From NCBI GenBank assembly GCA_964016885.1, contig OZ024740.1:22630001-22694000 (forward strand): a DNA stretch of 64,000 bases, read 5' to 3'. Under the pieces are notes generated by a model. It saw nothing but the letters and a program-made list of their open reading frames with translations. It did not search any database and was not told the origin of the DNA. Origin of the DNA: Eledone cirrhosa. Lineage: Eukaryota. Of this stretch, positions 1 through 13,250 are shown one piece after another. Within the stretch, counting starts at the first letter, position 1. Each line of letters opens with the position of its first letter. The position numbers and the translations under genes were made by a program.

Positions 1-502
1 GAACACACGATATCATAAAGAGCAAAAGACAATCTAAGTCAATGAAAAACATCCTAACACATGCCAAAGTACTGCCAACCACAACAACGAAACCCACAGT
101 AAAAAATGCGATAGACCCAACTGTGGCATTTGCATCAACCTAATAGAGGGTTCGGAATTCTATTTCAAAGAAGGACAACGTTTTATAGTAAAACAAAATT
201 TCACATGCGCATCAGAAAATCTAATATATGTATTAACTTGCTCAGGTTGTCGAGAACAATACATAGGCCAGACCAAAAACAGCCCCGCCAACGCATGACT
301 CCATAGATCCCAAATTAAAATACGGGAATACAGGAAAATACCACTGAGTGAACACATTGATACCTGTGCCGCCCCAAATCATCCCAACTTCAGAATCTTT
401 CCCCTCTACAAATTTAAAGATAATACCACCCACACCCAGCGCATCAGCAAGGAATATTACTTTATTAACAAATACGGACCCCGTCTAAACACTTCTCCCT
501 AA
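1..502 (+). pseudogene. Penelope-like retroelement C-terminal fragment: Cys-rich linker plus GIY-YIG endonuclease, frameshifted (Neptune-like)
   Basis: Manual translation across frameshifts gives ...KNILTHAKV...CDRPNCGICINL...NFTCASENLIYVLTCSGCREQYIGQT...HRSQI...PLSEHIDTC...QRISKEYYFINKYGPRLNTSP*. This has the LIY...YIG signature and a CxxxxCxxC linker; stop TAA at 500-502. Confidence 0.88.
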
Positions 503-715
503 GACGAACCCACAACATACACACGTCAACATACATACCTATATCAGCATACATCTCTACCCACATATAAACACAATGACATACGTAAACACACATGTTC
601 TATGGTGCAACACAAATATACACAAATTTGCATACCTTTTGATGTCTATAGATATAAACGTGCCGACACACACACATACATAAACGCACACATGCATTGC
701 ACACTGATGGGCACA

Positions 716-920
716 TACATATTTGTGCACAGGTATTCCAATACGGCAAGGCCTAATGAATTCCCCTTGCAGTACGTACAATCTGGACACACTCCAGATA
801 CATATTTGTGCACAGGTATACAATTTCTGGACACACTCCAGATACATATTTGTGCACAGGTATTCCAATACGGCAAGGCCTAATGGATCCCCTTTGCAGT
901 ACGTAAAATCTGGACACACT
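716..920. repeat. Short tandem duplication downstream of the PLE fragment
   Basis: tacatatttgtgcacaggtat occurs 3 times; tccaatacggcaaggcctaatg...tgcagtacgta.aatctggacacact occurs twice. Confidence 0.8.
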
Positions 921-1061
921 CACACACACCTTGGTATTATGCCAATACTATATATCATTTCACACCTTTTATTATTAAGGTTTTTGATGTTCTATTGAGA
1001 GAATCGATTTTACTGAAAATATCGAATAATGTACACCATTTTACCAGAAATAAATACTGGT

Positions 1062-1092
<31 letters not shown>

Positions 1093-1289
1093 TATTCTCT
1101 CTCACACACACACATATATACACACACACATACACACGCGTACATTAACATACAAAGAGACACACACACACACACACACTTCTCCGTATAAGACAAGAGC
1201 TGAAAAAATATCTTTTAACATGTTAAAATATCCCCCACACACTTACAGACACATTCCTACTGACCATCCCTCTACCACGAATTACTCTG

Positions 1290-1417
<128 letters not shown>

Positions 1418-2589
1418 TTGTCTTAATAGGCATTTGAACTGTCAACAGGCTGCGGTTTGCACACACATCCCTGCTGACCATTATCACAACAACGAACCTC
1501 TTTACTACTACTACACACACACACACACCCACGTATTTGTTGTGAAAGACTTATTTCTCAGTCAGCCGACACAAACCTACATTTGGCGCAAAATCAATTT
1601 TTTACATTCACATGACCTCTACCGACCAATCAAAATATTTTTGACCACAAGAATCTTTGCAACACGAATTGGCGCAAAACTTATTTTAATACCGCTGGAG
1701 CCATTTTTTTAACATAAAAACAGGTAGAATTCCCAAAACTAATCAGATCAGAGTAAACATCACGGACGCTCTATCTCAAAATTATTTTTGAAAAGCATTA
1801 GAAATGCGCAACCGGTAAAACTTAAAACCAAAACTGAATACTAACCAATACTATTACTAATTCTCACTTATTCCTAATTAAACTATTTTTCACTGTGAAC
1901 TATTTGTCAGCATTTTCTATTCCGTTTACCAATATATATATATATATTATGGAATACTGTTGGCTTCTTGCTACAGTATTTTCTATACCTTTCATTTATA
2001 TATATATATATCCTTTGGACACACAAATAATTATTTGTGTGTCTGAAGTCGTCGAAAAACCTGTATCGAAAATAGAAAAAAATCTTTGGAGGTCACAGAG
2101 TTTAGACTCTAATAAGTGACTGGAGGATTGTGTATGCACACACATGTGTGACTGTGTGTATGTATTTATGTATTTATATGTTGATATGTGTGTATATTTG
2201 TGCTGTTTTTGTGCGTGTATGTACGTATGTATGTATGTATCTATATATGTATTTATGTATGTATCTATATATATATATGTATATATGTATTTATTTATGT
2301 ATGTATGTATATATATGTATATATGTATATATGTATTTATTTATGTATGTAGTATATACATATGTATATATGTATGTATATTATAGAATATATATTGAAA
2401 GTTTATAGAGGTTCAGAAATCAAAATGGAAGCGGCTGTGTGAAGAAGAAAACAACAAGAAGAAAATGGCGACTGTGTGAATTAGTGGAGAGGTTAGAAGG
2501 TAAACAAAGATATTAGTTTTTGGCAGAAAATAATTGCATAGAGGTCAACAAACTAAAGGGAAATTGTATAGGTTAAGACGTGTTATAAT

Positions 2590-2990
2590 GAGGGTGGTGG
2601 TGGTAGTGGTAGTTGTGGTGGTAGTAGTGGTAGTGGGGTAGTGATGGTAGTGGTGAGGTGGGGGTAGTGGTGGTGGTGGTACTGGTGGTTCTGGTGGTGT
2701 TAGTGTTGCTGGTAGTAGTGGCAGAGCTGATGGTGGTGGTGTTAGTGTTGTTGGTAGTAGTGGTGGTAGTGGTGGTAGTGGTAGTAGTGGTGGTAGTGGT
2801 GGTAGTGGTGGTAGTAGTGGGAATGGTGGTAATGGTGGTTGTGGTGGTAGAGGTGCTTGTGGTGGTAATGGTGGTAGTAGTGCTTGTGGTGGTAGTAGTG
2901 GTAGTGGTGCTAGTGGTGCTAGTGGTGATGGTGAGGACGGTGGTATTGGTGTTGATGATAATGCTGATGAGAATAATAACAAATACAATG
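2590..2990. repeat. Degenerate (GGT/AGT)n trinucleotide tract
   Basis: ggtggtagtggtagt... periodicity explains the poly-V/T/P ORFs. Confidence 0.92.
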
Positions 2991-3044
2991 TTGACGGTGA
3001 TAATTTCATACAACAAAGCGAAACAAACTATTGTAAATAATAAT

Positions 3045-3277
3045 AATTGTTTATACTTTTGGCACAAGGCCAGCAATTACCTCAGTGTATTACTGGTGCT
3101 TTATTTTATCGACCCCTAATAATAATAATAATTGTTTCTACTTTTGGCACAAGGCCAGCAATTACCTCAGTGTATTACTGGTACCTTATTTTATCGACCC
3201 CTAATAATAATAATAATAATAATTGTTTCTAGTTTTGGTAAAAGGTCAGCAATTACCTCAGTGTATTACTGGTACTT
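3045..3277 (-). mobile_element. Three tandem 3' fragments of the SINE seen at 26860-27045
   Basis: Reverse complement matches 26969-27045 (ggggtcgataaaataaag...aattgctggccttgtgccaaaagtagaaac); copies are separated by (AAT)n tails. Confidence 0.8.
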
Positions 3278-3379
3278 CTATAATATATCACCGAGATAAC
3301 AAGGATGGAGATACAACTAAATATAGTTATGTTTATGATGATGATGATGATAGACAAAATAATAGCTTTAATAACATTA

Positions 3380-3409
3380 GTAATAGTAGTAGTAGTAGTA
3401 GTAGTAGAG

Positions 3410-3440
<31 letters not shown>

Positions 3441-3566
3441 TAGTAGTATTAGTAGTAGTAGTAGTAGAGGTAGTAGTAGTAGTAATAATAATAGTAGTAG
3501 TAGTAGTATTAGTATTAGTAGTAGTAGTAGTAGTTGTAGTAGTAGAAGAGGTAGTAGTAGTAGTAA

Positions 3567-3603
<37 letters not shown>

Positions 3604-3608
3604 GGTGA

Positions 3609-3672
<64 letters not shown>
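3380..3672. repeat. (AGT)n trinucleotide microsatellite
   Basis: Direct observation. Confidence 0.95.
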
Positions 3673-3765
3673 TTCAGTGAGGAGGGCAAAACAAAGATCT
3701 ATAAGTAGAGAGAAAGGCCACAAACAATTTGGGAAACAGTGTCTAAGGATTTTATAAATAAATGT

Positions 3766-3798
<33 letters not shown>

Positions 3799-3903
3799 AG
3801 AAATTAAAAGATGGTTAAAGAAGTTCCATATATTTTATTATGCGCATTTCAAAAACAACATCTTTAACCATCTTTTAATTTCTTCTTTAATATATACTCC
3901 AGT

Positions 3904-3982
<79 letters not shown>

Positions 3983-3986
<4 letters not shown>

Positions 3987-4150
3987 GTCCCAAGGCTCTG
4001 ATACCATCAACACCATAAACACAGAGCTGGCATATCTAAGAACTGGCTAACTACCTGATGAGGTCATAGCCATTCAATGGCTATCATCGAAATATATATA
4101 GCAGTATATAAAGGATTATGAGTTCATGCAATTGACTTATGTTTCGTCAC
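3983..4150 (+). mobile_element. Hammerhead-bearing repeat family A (motif ~4050-4105); second copy at 17352-17519 on the minus strand
   Basis: CTGATGA at 4055-4061, long stem II (atagccatt/aatggctat), GAAA 4089-4092, then tatata-ta and gcagt; near-identical reverse copy at 17352-17519. Confidence 0.75.
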
Positions 4151-4156
4151 TATATA

Positions 4157-4258
<102 letters not shown>

Positions 4259-4282
4259 TATATATGTATGCATATATATATC

Positions 4283-4553
4283 GATTCTTTTTGAATTTGC
4301 CACAGACACAGAGGCAGTGATTTTCTCAATGGCTAGGAAGTAAGTCCACGCTTTGCTATTTCCTATTCACTGATTTATTTTTAATAAGCTTCCAGTGTCC
4401 TCGCTTTGCCTGGAACTTATATGAGAATTGACTTTCCTGATGACGGGATGTTTCTCAACACCTTCTTCGGAAGATGTATCTACTCCATTCCAGAAACTAA
4501 TTAGTTGGAAGAGATATTTTAGTAAGTAAGTTAATTTTATAATTTTCTTATCT

Positions 4554-4556
<3 letters not shown>
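4283..4556 (+). mobile_element. Hammerhead-bearing family B, diverged copy (motif ~4432-4511)
   Basis: Homologous to 28109-28980; CTGATGA...cattcca GAAA ctaattag tt ggaag. Confidence 0.75.
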
Positions 4557-4608
<52 letters not shown>

Positions 4609-4652
4609 ATATATATATTTATATATGTATATGTATATATATAAATATATAA

Positions 4653-4725
<73 letters not shown>

Positions 4726-5017
4726 CAAATAACGAAACGAAATTAAATTTCGTTTCGTTTGTAACTCACTTTTGTATGACTGACGCTTAAACAATTAAGT
4801 TAAAAATGTACATCCACATATGTATACTGAAATACTAGTATGCATATGAATACACACACGTGTACATATGTAGATGTACCGAGTTTTTCACTGGTCACTT
4901 TACTGTGAGTGTCCAGCTATTCTGTATGTAAGTAAACACACAGACAAACCGGTTTTTAGAGTCATACTGGTTTTTGAGGAAACACCTTTCCTCTATTCTC
5001 CAGAAAGCCAGACAAGG

Positions 5018-5062
5018 AATATTGGACTAGTTTCGATGATGTTACATCTCATCAGCAATATT
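5018..5062 (-). ncRNA. Minimal type I hammerhead ribozyme (family C); another minus-strand copy at 5488-5532
   Basis: Reverse complement: aatattg CUGAUGA gaug..cauc GAAA cuag UC caatatt; 7-bp stem I and palindromic stem III. Confidence 0.85.
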
Positions 5063-6214
5063 TACCTATCTTCCGGCCTTTCTAGAGAATCGTAAAAGCA
5101 CATATCGTTATATGCTTTTTCTATGAAAATTAGTAGTGGGCAGACTAATTTGCATAGAGCGTGAGTACGTACCGGTTCAACGGAGACGATAAAAACAAAT
5201 AACGAAACGAAATTAAATTTCGTTTCGTTTGTAACTCACTTTTGTATGACTGACGCTTAAACAATTAAGTTAAAAATGTACATCCACATATGTATACTGA
5301 AATACTAGTATGCATATGAATACACACACGTGTACATATGTAGATGTACCGAGTTTTTCACTGGTCACTTTACTGTGAGTGTCCAGCTATTCTGTATGTA
5401 AGTAAACACACAGACAAACCGGTTTTTAGAGTCATACTGGTTTTTGAGGAAACACCTTTCCTCTATTCTCCAGAAAGCCAGACAAGGAATATTGGACTAG
5501 TTTCGATGTTGTTACATCTCATCAGCAATATTTACCTATCTTCCGGCCTTTCTAGAGAATCGTAAAAACACATATCGTTATATGCTTTTTCTATGAAAAT
5601 TAGTAGTGGGCAGACTAATTTGCATAGAGCGTGAGTACGTACCGGTTCAACGGAGACGATAAAAACAAATAACGAAAAGAAATTAAATTTCAGCATATAA
5701 CGATATGTGCTTTTACGATTCTCTAGAAAGGCCGGAAGATAGGTAAATATTGCTGATGAGATGTAACAACATCGAAACTAGTCCATATTCCTTGTCTGAC
5801 TTTCTGGAGAATAGAGGAAAGGCGTTTTCTCAAAAACCAGTATGACTCTAAAAACCGGTTTGTCTGTGTGTTTACTTACATACAGAATAGCTGGACACTC
5901 ACAGTAAAGTGACCAGTTAAAAACTCGGTACATCTACATATCTACACGTGTGTGTATTCATATGCATACTAGTATTTCAGTATACATATGTGGATGTACA
6001 TTTTTAACTTAATTGTTTAAGCGTCAGTCATACAAAAGTGAGTTACAAACGAAACGAAATTTAATTTCGTTTCGTTATTTGTTTTTATCGTCTCCGTTGA
6101 ACCGGTACGTACTCACGCTCTATGCAAATTAGTCTGCCCACTACTAATTTTCATAGAAAAAGCATATAACGATATGTGCTTTTACGATTCTCTAGAAAGG
6201 CCGGAAGATAGGTA

Positions 6215-6259
6215 AATATTGCTGATGAGATGTAACAACATCGAAACTAGTCCAATATT
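6215..6259 (+). ncRNA. Minimal type I hammerhead ribozyme (family C); other plus-strand copies at 5746-5789 and 6685-6729
   Basis: aatattg CTGATGA gatgt-aaca-acatc GAAA ctag TC caatatt. Confidence 0.88.
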
Positions 6260-7199
6260 CCTTGTCTGACTTTCTAGAGAATAGAGGAAAGGTGTTTCCT
6301 CAAAAACCAGTATGACTCTAAAAACCGGTTTGTCTGTGTGTTTACTTACATACAGAATAGCTGGACACTCACAGTAAAGTGACCAGTGAAAAACTCGGTA
6401 CATCTACATATGTACACGTGTGTGTATTCATATGCATACTAGTATTTCAGTATACATATGTGGATGTACATTTGTAACTTAATTGTTTAAGCGTCAGTCA
6501 TACAAAAGTGAGTTACAAACGAAACGAAATTTAATTTCGTTTCGTTATTTGTTTTTATCGTCTCCGTTGAACCGGTACGTACTCACACTCTATGCAAATT
6601 AGTCTGCCCACTACTAATTTTCATAGAAAAAGCATATAACGATATGTGCTTTTACGATTCTCTAGAAAGGCCGGAAGATAGGTAAATATTGCTGATGAGA
6701 TGTAACAACATCGAAACTAGTCCAATATTCCTTGTCTGGCTTTCTGGAGAATAGAGGAAAGGTGTTTCCTCAAAAACCAGTATGACTCTAAAAACCGGTT
6801 TGTCTGTGTGTTTACTTACATACAGAATAGCTGGACACTCACAGTAAAGTGACCAGTGAAAAACTCGGTACATCTACATATGTACACGTGTGTGTATTCA
6901 TATGCATACTAGTATTTCAGTATACATATGTGGATGTACACTTTTTTAACTTAATTGTATATATATATATATATATATATATAAATATTTATATATATAT
7001 ATAAATAAATAAATATATACATATATATACCCATATATATACACACATACATACACACACAAACATACAACCACACATAAACATACATACACACTCACAT
7101 ATATTTTATGTATTATATATTTTTATGTTTATGTGTTTCAATCAGAAAAAAAGTAATGGGAAAATCATAACTGATGAGAGTATTGACATTTGTACACAT

Positions 7200-7243
<44 letters not shown>

Positions 7244-7280
7244 ACACACTTATACGCACACCAAGTACATATATTTGTCA

Positions 7281-7407
<127 letters not shown>

Positions 7408-7502
7408 TATATAATTTTATATAAATGCTACATATCTGGATATACATATATATATATATAAATCTATTTATGTACTTATAAATATAATATATACAAATAC
7501 AT

Positions 7503-7539
<37 letters not shown>

Positions 7540-7544
<5 letters not shown>

Positions 7545-7662
7545 TGAAGGAAATGTGGTAAGGAACCAGGTGGACCATAACGCACCAAAGTACTCAATAC
7601 TTAGGGTAGTAGAGTGGGTAATAGGAAACGGCTTGAGCTCAGCCGTCGGGGTTTTACTCGTT

Positions 7663-7665
<3 letters not shown>
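7540..7665. repeat. Dispersed repeat family O; second copy at 15955-16157 with a terminal fold-back
   Basis: gtggtaaggaaccag.tggaccataacgcacca.agtactcaatacttagggtagtagagtggg is shared by both loci. Confidence 0.8.
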
Positions 7666-7747
<82 letters not shown>

Positions 7748-8633
7748 AATACAATATCGGAGAAAGCTTTTTAGCGATACTCCGGCCAAATTCCAACTCA
7801 CTCAACAAACATTAGGAAATAAGTGATTATATTCCCAATTATGCGTTCGGGGTGCTAACTAAAAGTATTGCGTGGAAAATTGGCTGTATTATTTCATATA
7901 AGACATATCTAATATATCTCTTCCCAGACGGACGACTCGTTTCATTACAGGATTCCTACAATTTGGGTGAAATTATACCAATTTATGTAGGAGCTTGTAT
8001 ATCATCAATAGATATATATATTCAAGTGGGCTCCTATAATTCATCAGTGGGTGCCCCAATAATGCTAATATTGATAATCTAACCAACATAAGTATTTAGC
8101 GATAATCATCATCCTCTGTGCCTGAGGTATCTGTCAGGTTGCCAGTCCAGCAGTTTTAAAGAAGTGCTCAAACTGATTCAAAAAATGAGGAAGTAAATTA
8201 CAGCCACGGATTTTCATATATATATATATATATTTCCTGTTGCGCGCGCACCCCTCATCTCCCCTCTTCTGACCACCACAACCTACGGATTACACACCAC
8301 CGGCCAGCGTTCCAACTATCCACTCCATAACATAGAAAATATCCGGCAACTTTCACACCCTCTACAGAGCTACCTTAGGAACTTACCCACGGACATAGAC
8401 TCACAATTTCTTTTCGAACCACCCCACCTACATCCACAAAACGTATAAACACCAACACACACGTGCGTATCCCCACATATATACACACTCAGCCTCCGGA
8501 ATTCTCTTCCCTCACACTTTTCTACTGAAGAAGGGCTTATGCCCGAAACGTCGTTCCCTCGCCCACCCTCAAGAGAGTGAAACTAATAAACCTTTGTACT
8601 GCCTCTCTGTTTTGTTCCCGTTCCATTTTTCAC

Positions 8634-8721
<88 letters not shown>

Positions 8722-8767
8722 AATTCCATTCACGGGAACAGCTAGATGATGTAAAACGGAGTATAAG

Positions 8768-9126
8768 TATCAAAATGAAAATCCGAAGGCAAGGTAAAAT
8801 TCCAATCATTTAATCACGACACATGTTTCAATAAGAGATAGATCGATTGTCAAGCCATGATCGATTATCACTGATCTCATCAGGTGAAAATGAATTGTCT
8901 TCAAATTCTTGATATGAGGGAGAAAAAATAACGATGCTCTCTCACAGAATTCATTCCCTCAATTCTGTTATTTTTTCTCCCTCATATCAAGAATTTGAAG
9001 ACAATTCATTTTCACCTGATGAGATCAGTGATAATCGATCATGGCTTCACAATCGATCTATCTCTTATTGAAACATGTGTCGTGATTAAATGATTGGAAT
9101 TTTACCTTGCCTTCAGATTTTCATTT

Positions 9127-9131
<5 letters not shown>
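8768..9131. mobile_element. Family E fold-back: ~165-bp inverted arms, each with a hammerhead (8814-8887 -, 9012-9085 +)
   Basis: Arms 8768-8932 and 8967-9131 are near-perfect reverse complements; tcac CTGATGA...GAAA catgtg TC gtga. Confidence 0.82.
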
Positions 9132-9169
<38 letters not shown>

Positions 9170-9173
<4 letters not shown>

Positions 9174-9689
9174 CAAGGTTTAGCAAATAAGAAAAAGTTT
9201 CAAACTAAATTTTAAAAAATTAACTTTACTTACTATGGTTACCTTTACCGAATCGGTTTCGAGTCTCAAAAATAAACGGACAGTCCATACAGCATCCGTT
9301 GCAAAGAAAAACACCCGTCAGAAGGGTCTTTTCACTCGGAGAATATAAAATTCTCGAGTTGAAATTACGAACTGGCGCTATTTGGTAATTTGAATTCGTG
9401 AATTTTATATTCTTTGAATGAAAAGAACCTTCTGACGAGAATCTTTCTTTGCAACGAAGGCCGTATGGACCCCGTTTATTTTTGAGATTCGAAACCGATT
9501 CGGTAAAGGTAACCATAGTAAATAAAGTTAATTTTTAAAAATTTATTTTGAAACTTTTTCTTATTTTCTAAACCTTGATTATATATGTTCTGGCTCGTTA
9601 ATTTATTAACCTGCCATTGAACCACATTGGCATATGGTTGGACAATACATGTGTCCCTAAGCGCCTTGTGCGTGTAGGAACATATACTC

Positions 9690-9690
<1 letters not shown>
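9170..9690. mobile_element. Family F fold-back with a hammerhead at 9427-9510 (+) and a degenerate inverted copy at ~9241-9326
   Basis: acctt CTGACGA gaatct...agattc GAAA ccgattcgg TA aaggt; homologous to 29033-29580. Confidence 0.82.
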
Positions 9691-9759
<69 letters not shown>

Positions 9760-10345
9760 TTATATATATAGATATATTTCTTGTAAGATAGCAGAAACGA
9801 AAAACTATAGAAAAGCAAGGAACCATAGAAACCCCTGAAATATGGGAACGACTTGGGATAAACTGAGAATATCTTGAAATATCTACAATATTTCACATCT
9901 TGACATTAGGTTGTAACTGTAGACGTGGTAAACAGACCTAAATATAGACATAGATGTGTATATCTATGTAAGTATGTATATATGTATGTATGTATGTGTG
10001 TATGTGTGTATGTATGTGTATGTGTATGTAAGTATGTATGTATGTATGCATGTATGTATGTATGTCTGTATGTGTGTGTATGTATGTGTGAATGTATGTA
10101 AATATGTATGCATATATCTGGCTGTCTGTCTGTATGTATGTGTGTTCATATGTATGTATGCATACATGAATGTATGTATGAATATGCATGTATATATGTG
10201 GTTGTGTATATACGAATGTATGTGTATATATATATATATATTTATAAACATATATAGTTTAAAATTACTTTTATATAGCTCTCTACATTCAGAGTTATAT
10301 ATATTTACACTTGCTACACACACACACACACACATATATATATAT

Positions 10346-10850
10346 GCCACAGCTGGAGATCGGTGTGGAAGCTGGACCTTCGTGAAGACCTGAAAATTCG
10401 CCTCTTCATTGCTGTAGTGGAGTCTGTACTGCTGTACGGGTATGAGACTTGGACACTGACCAAGAAACTAACTCAGATGGTGGATGGGTGCTACACAAGA
10501 ATGCTGAGGATGGCTCTGAACATTAATCAGTATTCACTGAGGGTGAAAAACTCAGAGCTGTATGGGAGCCTCCCAAAAGTCAGCTCAAAAGTGACACAGA
10601 GGAGACTAAGATTAGCTGGACATGCTCACCGACATCCAGAGATGATATTGCACTAAGTGCTCCTGTGGAGCCCCTACATGGACACACTGGAAGAGGAAGA
10701 CCAAGGTTAACGTATGTTGATGCCCTAAGGACAGACACTGGTCTGTTGGAGACGCAGGACATGGCAGCGATAATGAGGGACAGAGACCGCTGGAGAAAAC
10801 TCGTCCATGGATCTCGGGAATTGTACCCGCCCTAGAAAAGAAAAAAAATA
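10346..10850 (+). mobile_element. 5'-truncated RTE-clade LINE, C-terminal ORF fragment (disrupted)
   Basis: KIRLFIAVVESVLLYGYETWTLTK...YTRMLRMALNI...[11 protein letters not shown], then after a stop/frameshift [13 protein letters not shown]...[11 protein letters not shown]; this is the typical post-RT C-terminus of RTE LINEs. Confidence 0.85.
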
Positions 10851-10866
10851 TATATACATATATATA

Positions 10867-10918
<52 letters not shown>

Positions 10919-11015
10919 CATATATATATGGATACATATACATATATATATATGTATACATATACATATATATATGTATACATATATAATATACATATAT
11001 ACATATATATATATA

Positions 11016-11200
11016 GGACATTTTTTCCAATTCAAACCCACCCGTCCCCTCAATCTATCTTATTTCTCATTCTTTCTTCTGATGAAGGACTAGCGTCCGA
11101 AACGTTAAGACCCTCTTCCTGCTATATCTAGCGTTAACCTAATATATCCCTTCCATATACTGTACCGAATGTGTTGTTATTTCTGTTTATTTTTTACATA
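11016..11200 (+). mobile_element. Family G PLE-like 3' end with a minimal hammerhead at 11075-11110; reverse copy at ~16244-16432
   Basis: tctt CTGATGA a ggac-tagc-gtcc GAAA cg TT aaga; the reverse copy carries a 7-bp duplication within the motif. Confidence 0.75.
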
Positions 11201-11201
11201 G

Positions 11202-11238
<37 letters not shown>

Positions 11239-11261
11239 TATATATATACACATATATATAC

Positions 11262-11299
<38 letters not shown>

Positions 11300-11329
11300 T
11301 ATATATGTATATATATACATATATATATA

Positions 11330-11364
<35 letters not shown>

Positions 11365-11847
11365 GAAAAACATGGGCAGAAGAATACTGCATGGTTGCAC
11401 ATGGATTACATATTATAAAATTAGTCTCTCATCAGTGATTTGCCAACCATCATTGGTATTTCATCGCATTAAAAATCAGATACCTCAGGTTGGTGCGAGC
11501 AATAACTAAAATAAGCTATTGGGACAAGTGAAACGCGTAAAGCGAGTGAGACAAGTAAACAACAGAAAGAAAAGCAAACCGAAGGTTGGAAAAACAGCAA
11601 GCAATATGATAGTTATCCGATCAGCATAAACTGGGTGAATTTCATGAGCGGTCAGAGAAGCAGACCGTACGCCGTGAATGCGGTGTGAGAAAGAAGGAAC
11701 CCCACTACTAGCGAACAGGAGGAAGTGAGAAGGAGAGAAACAGAGAGTGAGTGAGTGGAAGTGCGAGGAAGAGGTCAGTCGAGAGAAAGTGTTAACTAAC
11801 AGAGGGGACGAAAGAAGGTAAGAGAAACAGAGAGAACGGGGGAGCAG

Positions 11848-11879
<32 letters not shown>

Positions 11880-12131
11880 TATAAATATAAATTCAGGGAG
11901 AATCTCATTTCAACGGGTAGAAAAAGTGAAACGTAACGCAAATTCCGAGTCATACTGGCAAGCGCTTCATAGGCTAAAAAAGACCAGAGCAATAAACATA
12001 GGTTATAAGACCATACAAACTGAGAAGGCGGTCAAGAAGCCATAAACCACCTAAGCCAAAAAACAAGTCAAGTTAAACAGGTCAGACAAAATAAATGACA
12101 TAATCATATATACATATATATGTATATACTT

Positions 12132-12229
<98 letters not shown>

Positions 12230-12348
12230 CAAACCTGGACCTTTGGAATTGATGGTAAAATCCAGTACAGGGTTTCTGCGAAACCTAAATCAATATAAAT
12301 CAATATAAACAATATAAATAATAAATATAAATAGATATAAATATATAA

Positions 12349-12447
<99 letters not shown>

Positions 12448-12581
12448 TGCTAGGGAAAGGATCAGGGGTGTATAACACTCCACTTATCCAGCAGGCAGTA
12501 TGAGGTTAGCTCAATGTCTGAGGACAGAGCCGTAATATAATAAATAACAAAGAACGCTTATAGCATATGCATATCTTTACT

Positions 12582-12627
12582 TGCTAACACTGTTTCATCC
12601 GCACTATAAGTGGGACTCATCAGAGCA
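12582..12627 (-). ncRNA. Type I hammerhead in the PLE pLTR (family H); inverted copy at 15426-15471 (+)
   Basis: Plus copy reads tgct CTGATGA gtcc-cacttatagtg-cggat GAAA caatg TT agca. Confidence 0.8.
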
Positions 12628-13218
12628 TAAAGGTTAATTACATACCATACAAGCAATAACAAATCCAAGACATTGAAGAATGAAAGGTAATAATAGACGA
12701 TAAAGGATAAGAATAAAAATAAAAGTAAAAATAAAAATAAAAATAAAAATAAAAATAAAAATAAAAATAAAAATAAAAATAAAAATAAAAATAAGGGGTG
12801 CTATCAGTCACAGTTGGGCGGGGTGCTGTCAACATATAGTTACATACAAGCATACACATGGATAAGAGAACAGACAAGAGTAGACACATGGATAAGAGAA
12901 CAGACAAGAGTAGATAAGATAATGGGATTAGGTAAGAGTAGGTAAAAAATAGGTAAAAAATAGGTGAAAAAGACTTATAATATATATAAATAAGAAAATA
13001 TAAAGAAATACATAACAAACTTACATATAAAATATAGGGTAAGGAATGAGATAAAATAATATAAAATTAAAATTAAAAATTATATACATAGAACATAATA
13101 TAATATAATCGTAAAATAAGATAAAATAAGGTAAACTAAAATCAAATAACATAGACTAAATTAAAATAATATAATATAAGATATAATTAAATGTATAATT
13201 AAATGTAATTAAATGTAA

Positions 13219-13250
<32 letters not shown>

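Larger units (their letters stand above)
4719..6956. mobile_element. Family C: 470-bp hammerhead-containing monomer, ~2.1 tandem copies (-) joined head-to-head with ~2.7 tandem copies (+); retrozyme-like or non-autonomous PLE
   Basis: The identical spurious 73-aa ORF recurs at 4874/5344 (+) and 6182/6652 (-), giving period 470. Inversion junction at ~5691/5692; (TA)n on both flanks. Confidence 0.9.

Noticed and set aside
4874-6873. Four copies of a 73-aa ORF (MYRVFHWSLYCEC...)
   Set aside because: It recurs only because the 470-bp monomer repeats. It lies antisense to the ribozyme, has no recognisable domain, and I saw no equivalent in the related family M.
8521-8560. CTGAAGA-gggcttatgccc-GAAACGTC hammerhead-like core
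   Set aside because: Core and stem II are present but stem I does not pair. It is probably a decayed PLE end and was not counted as intact.
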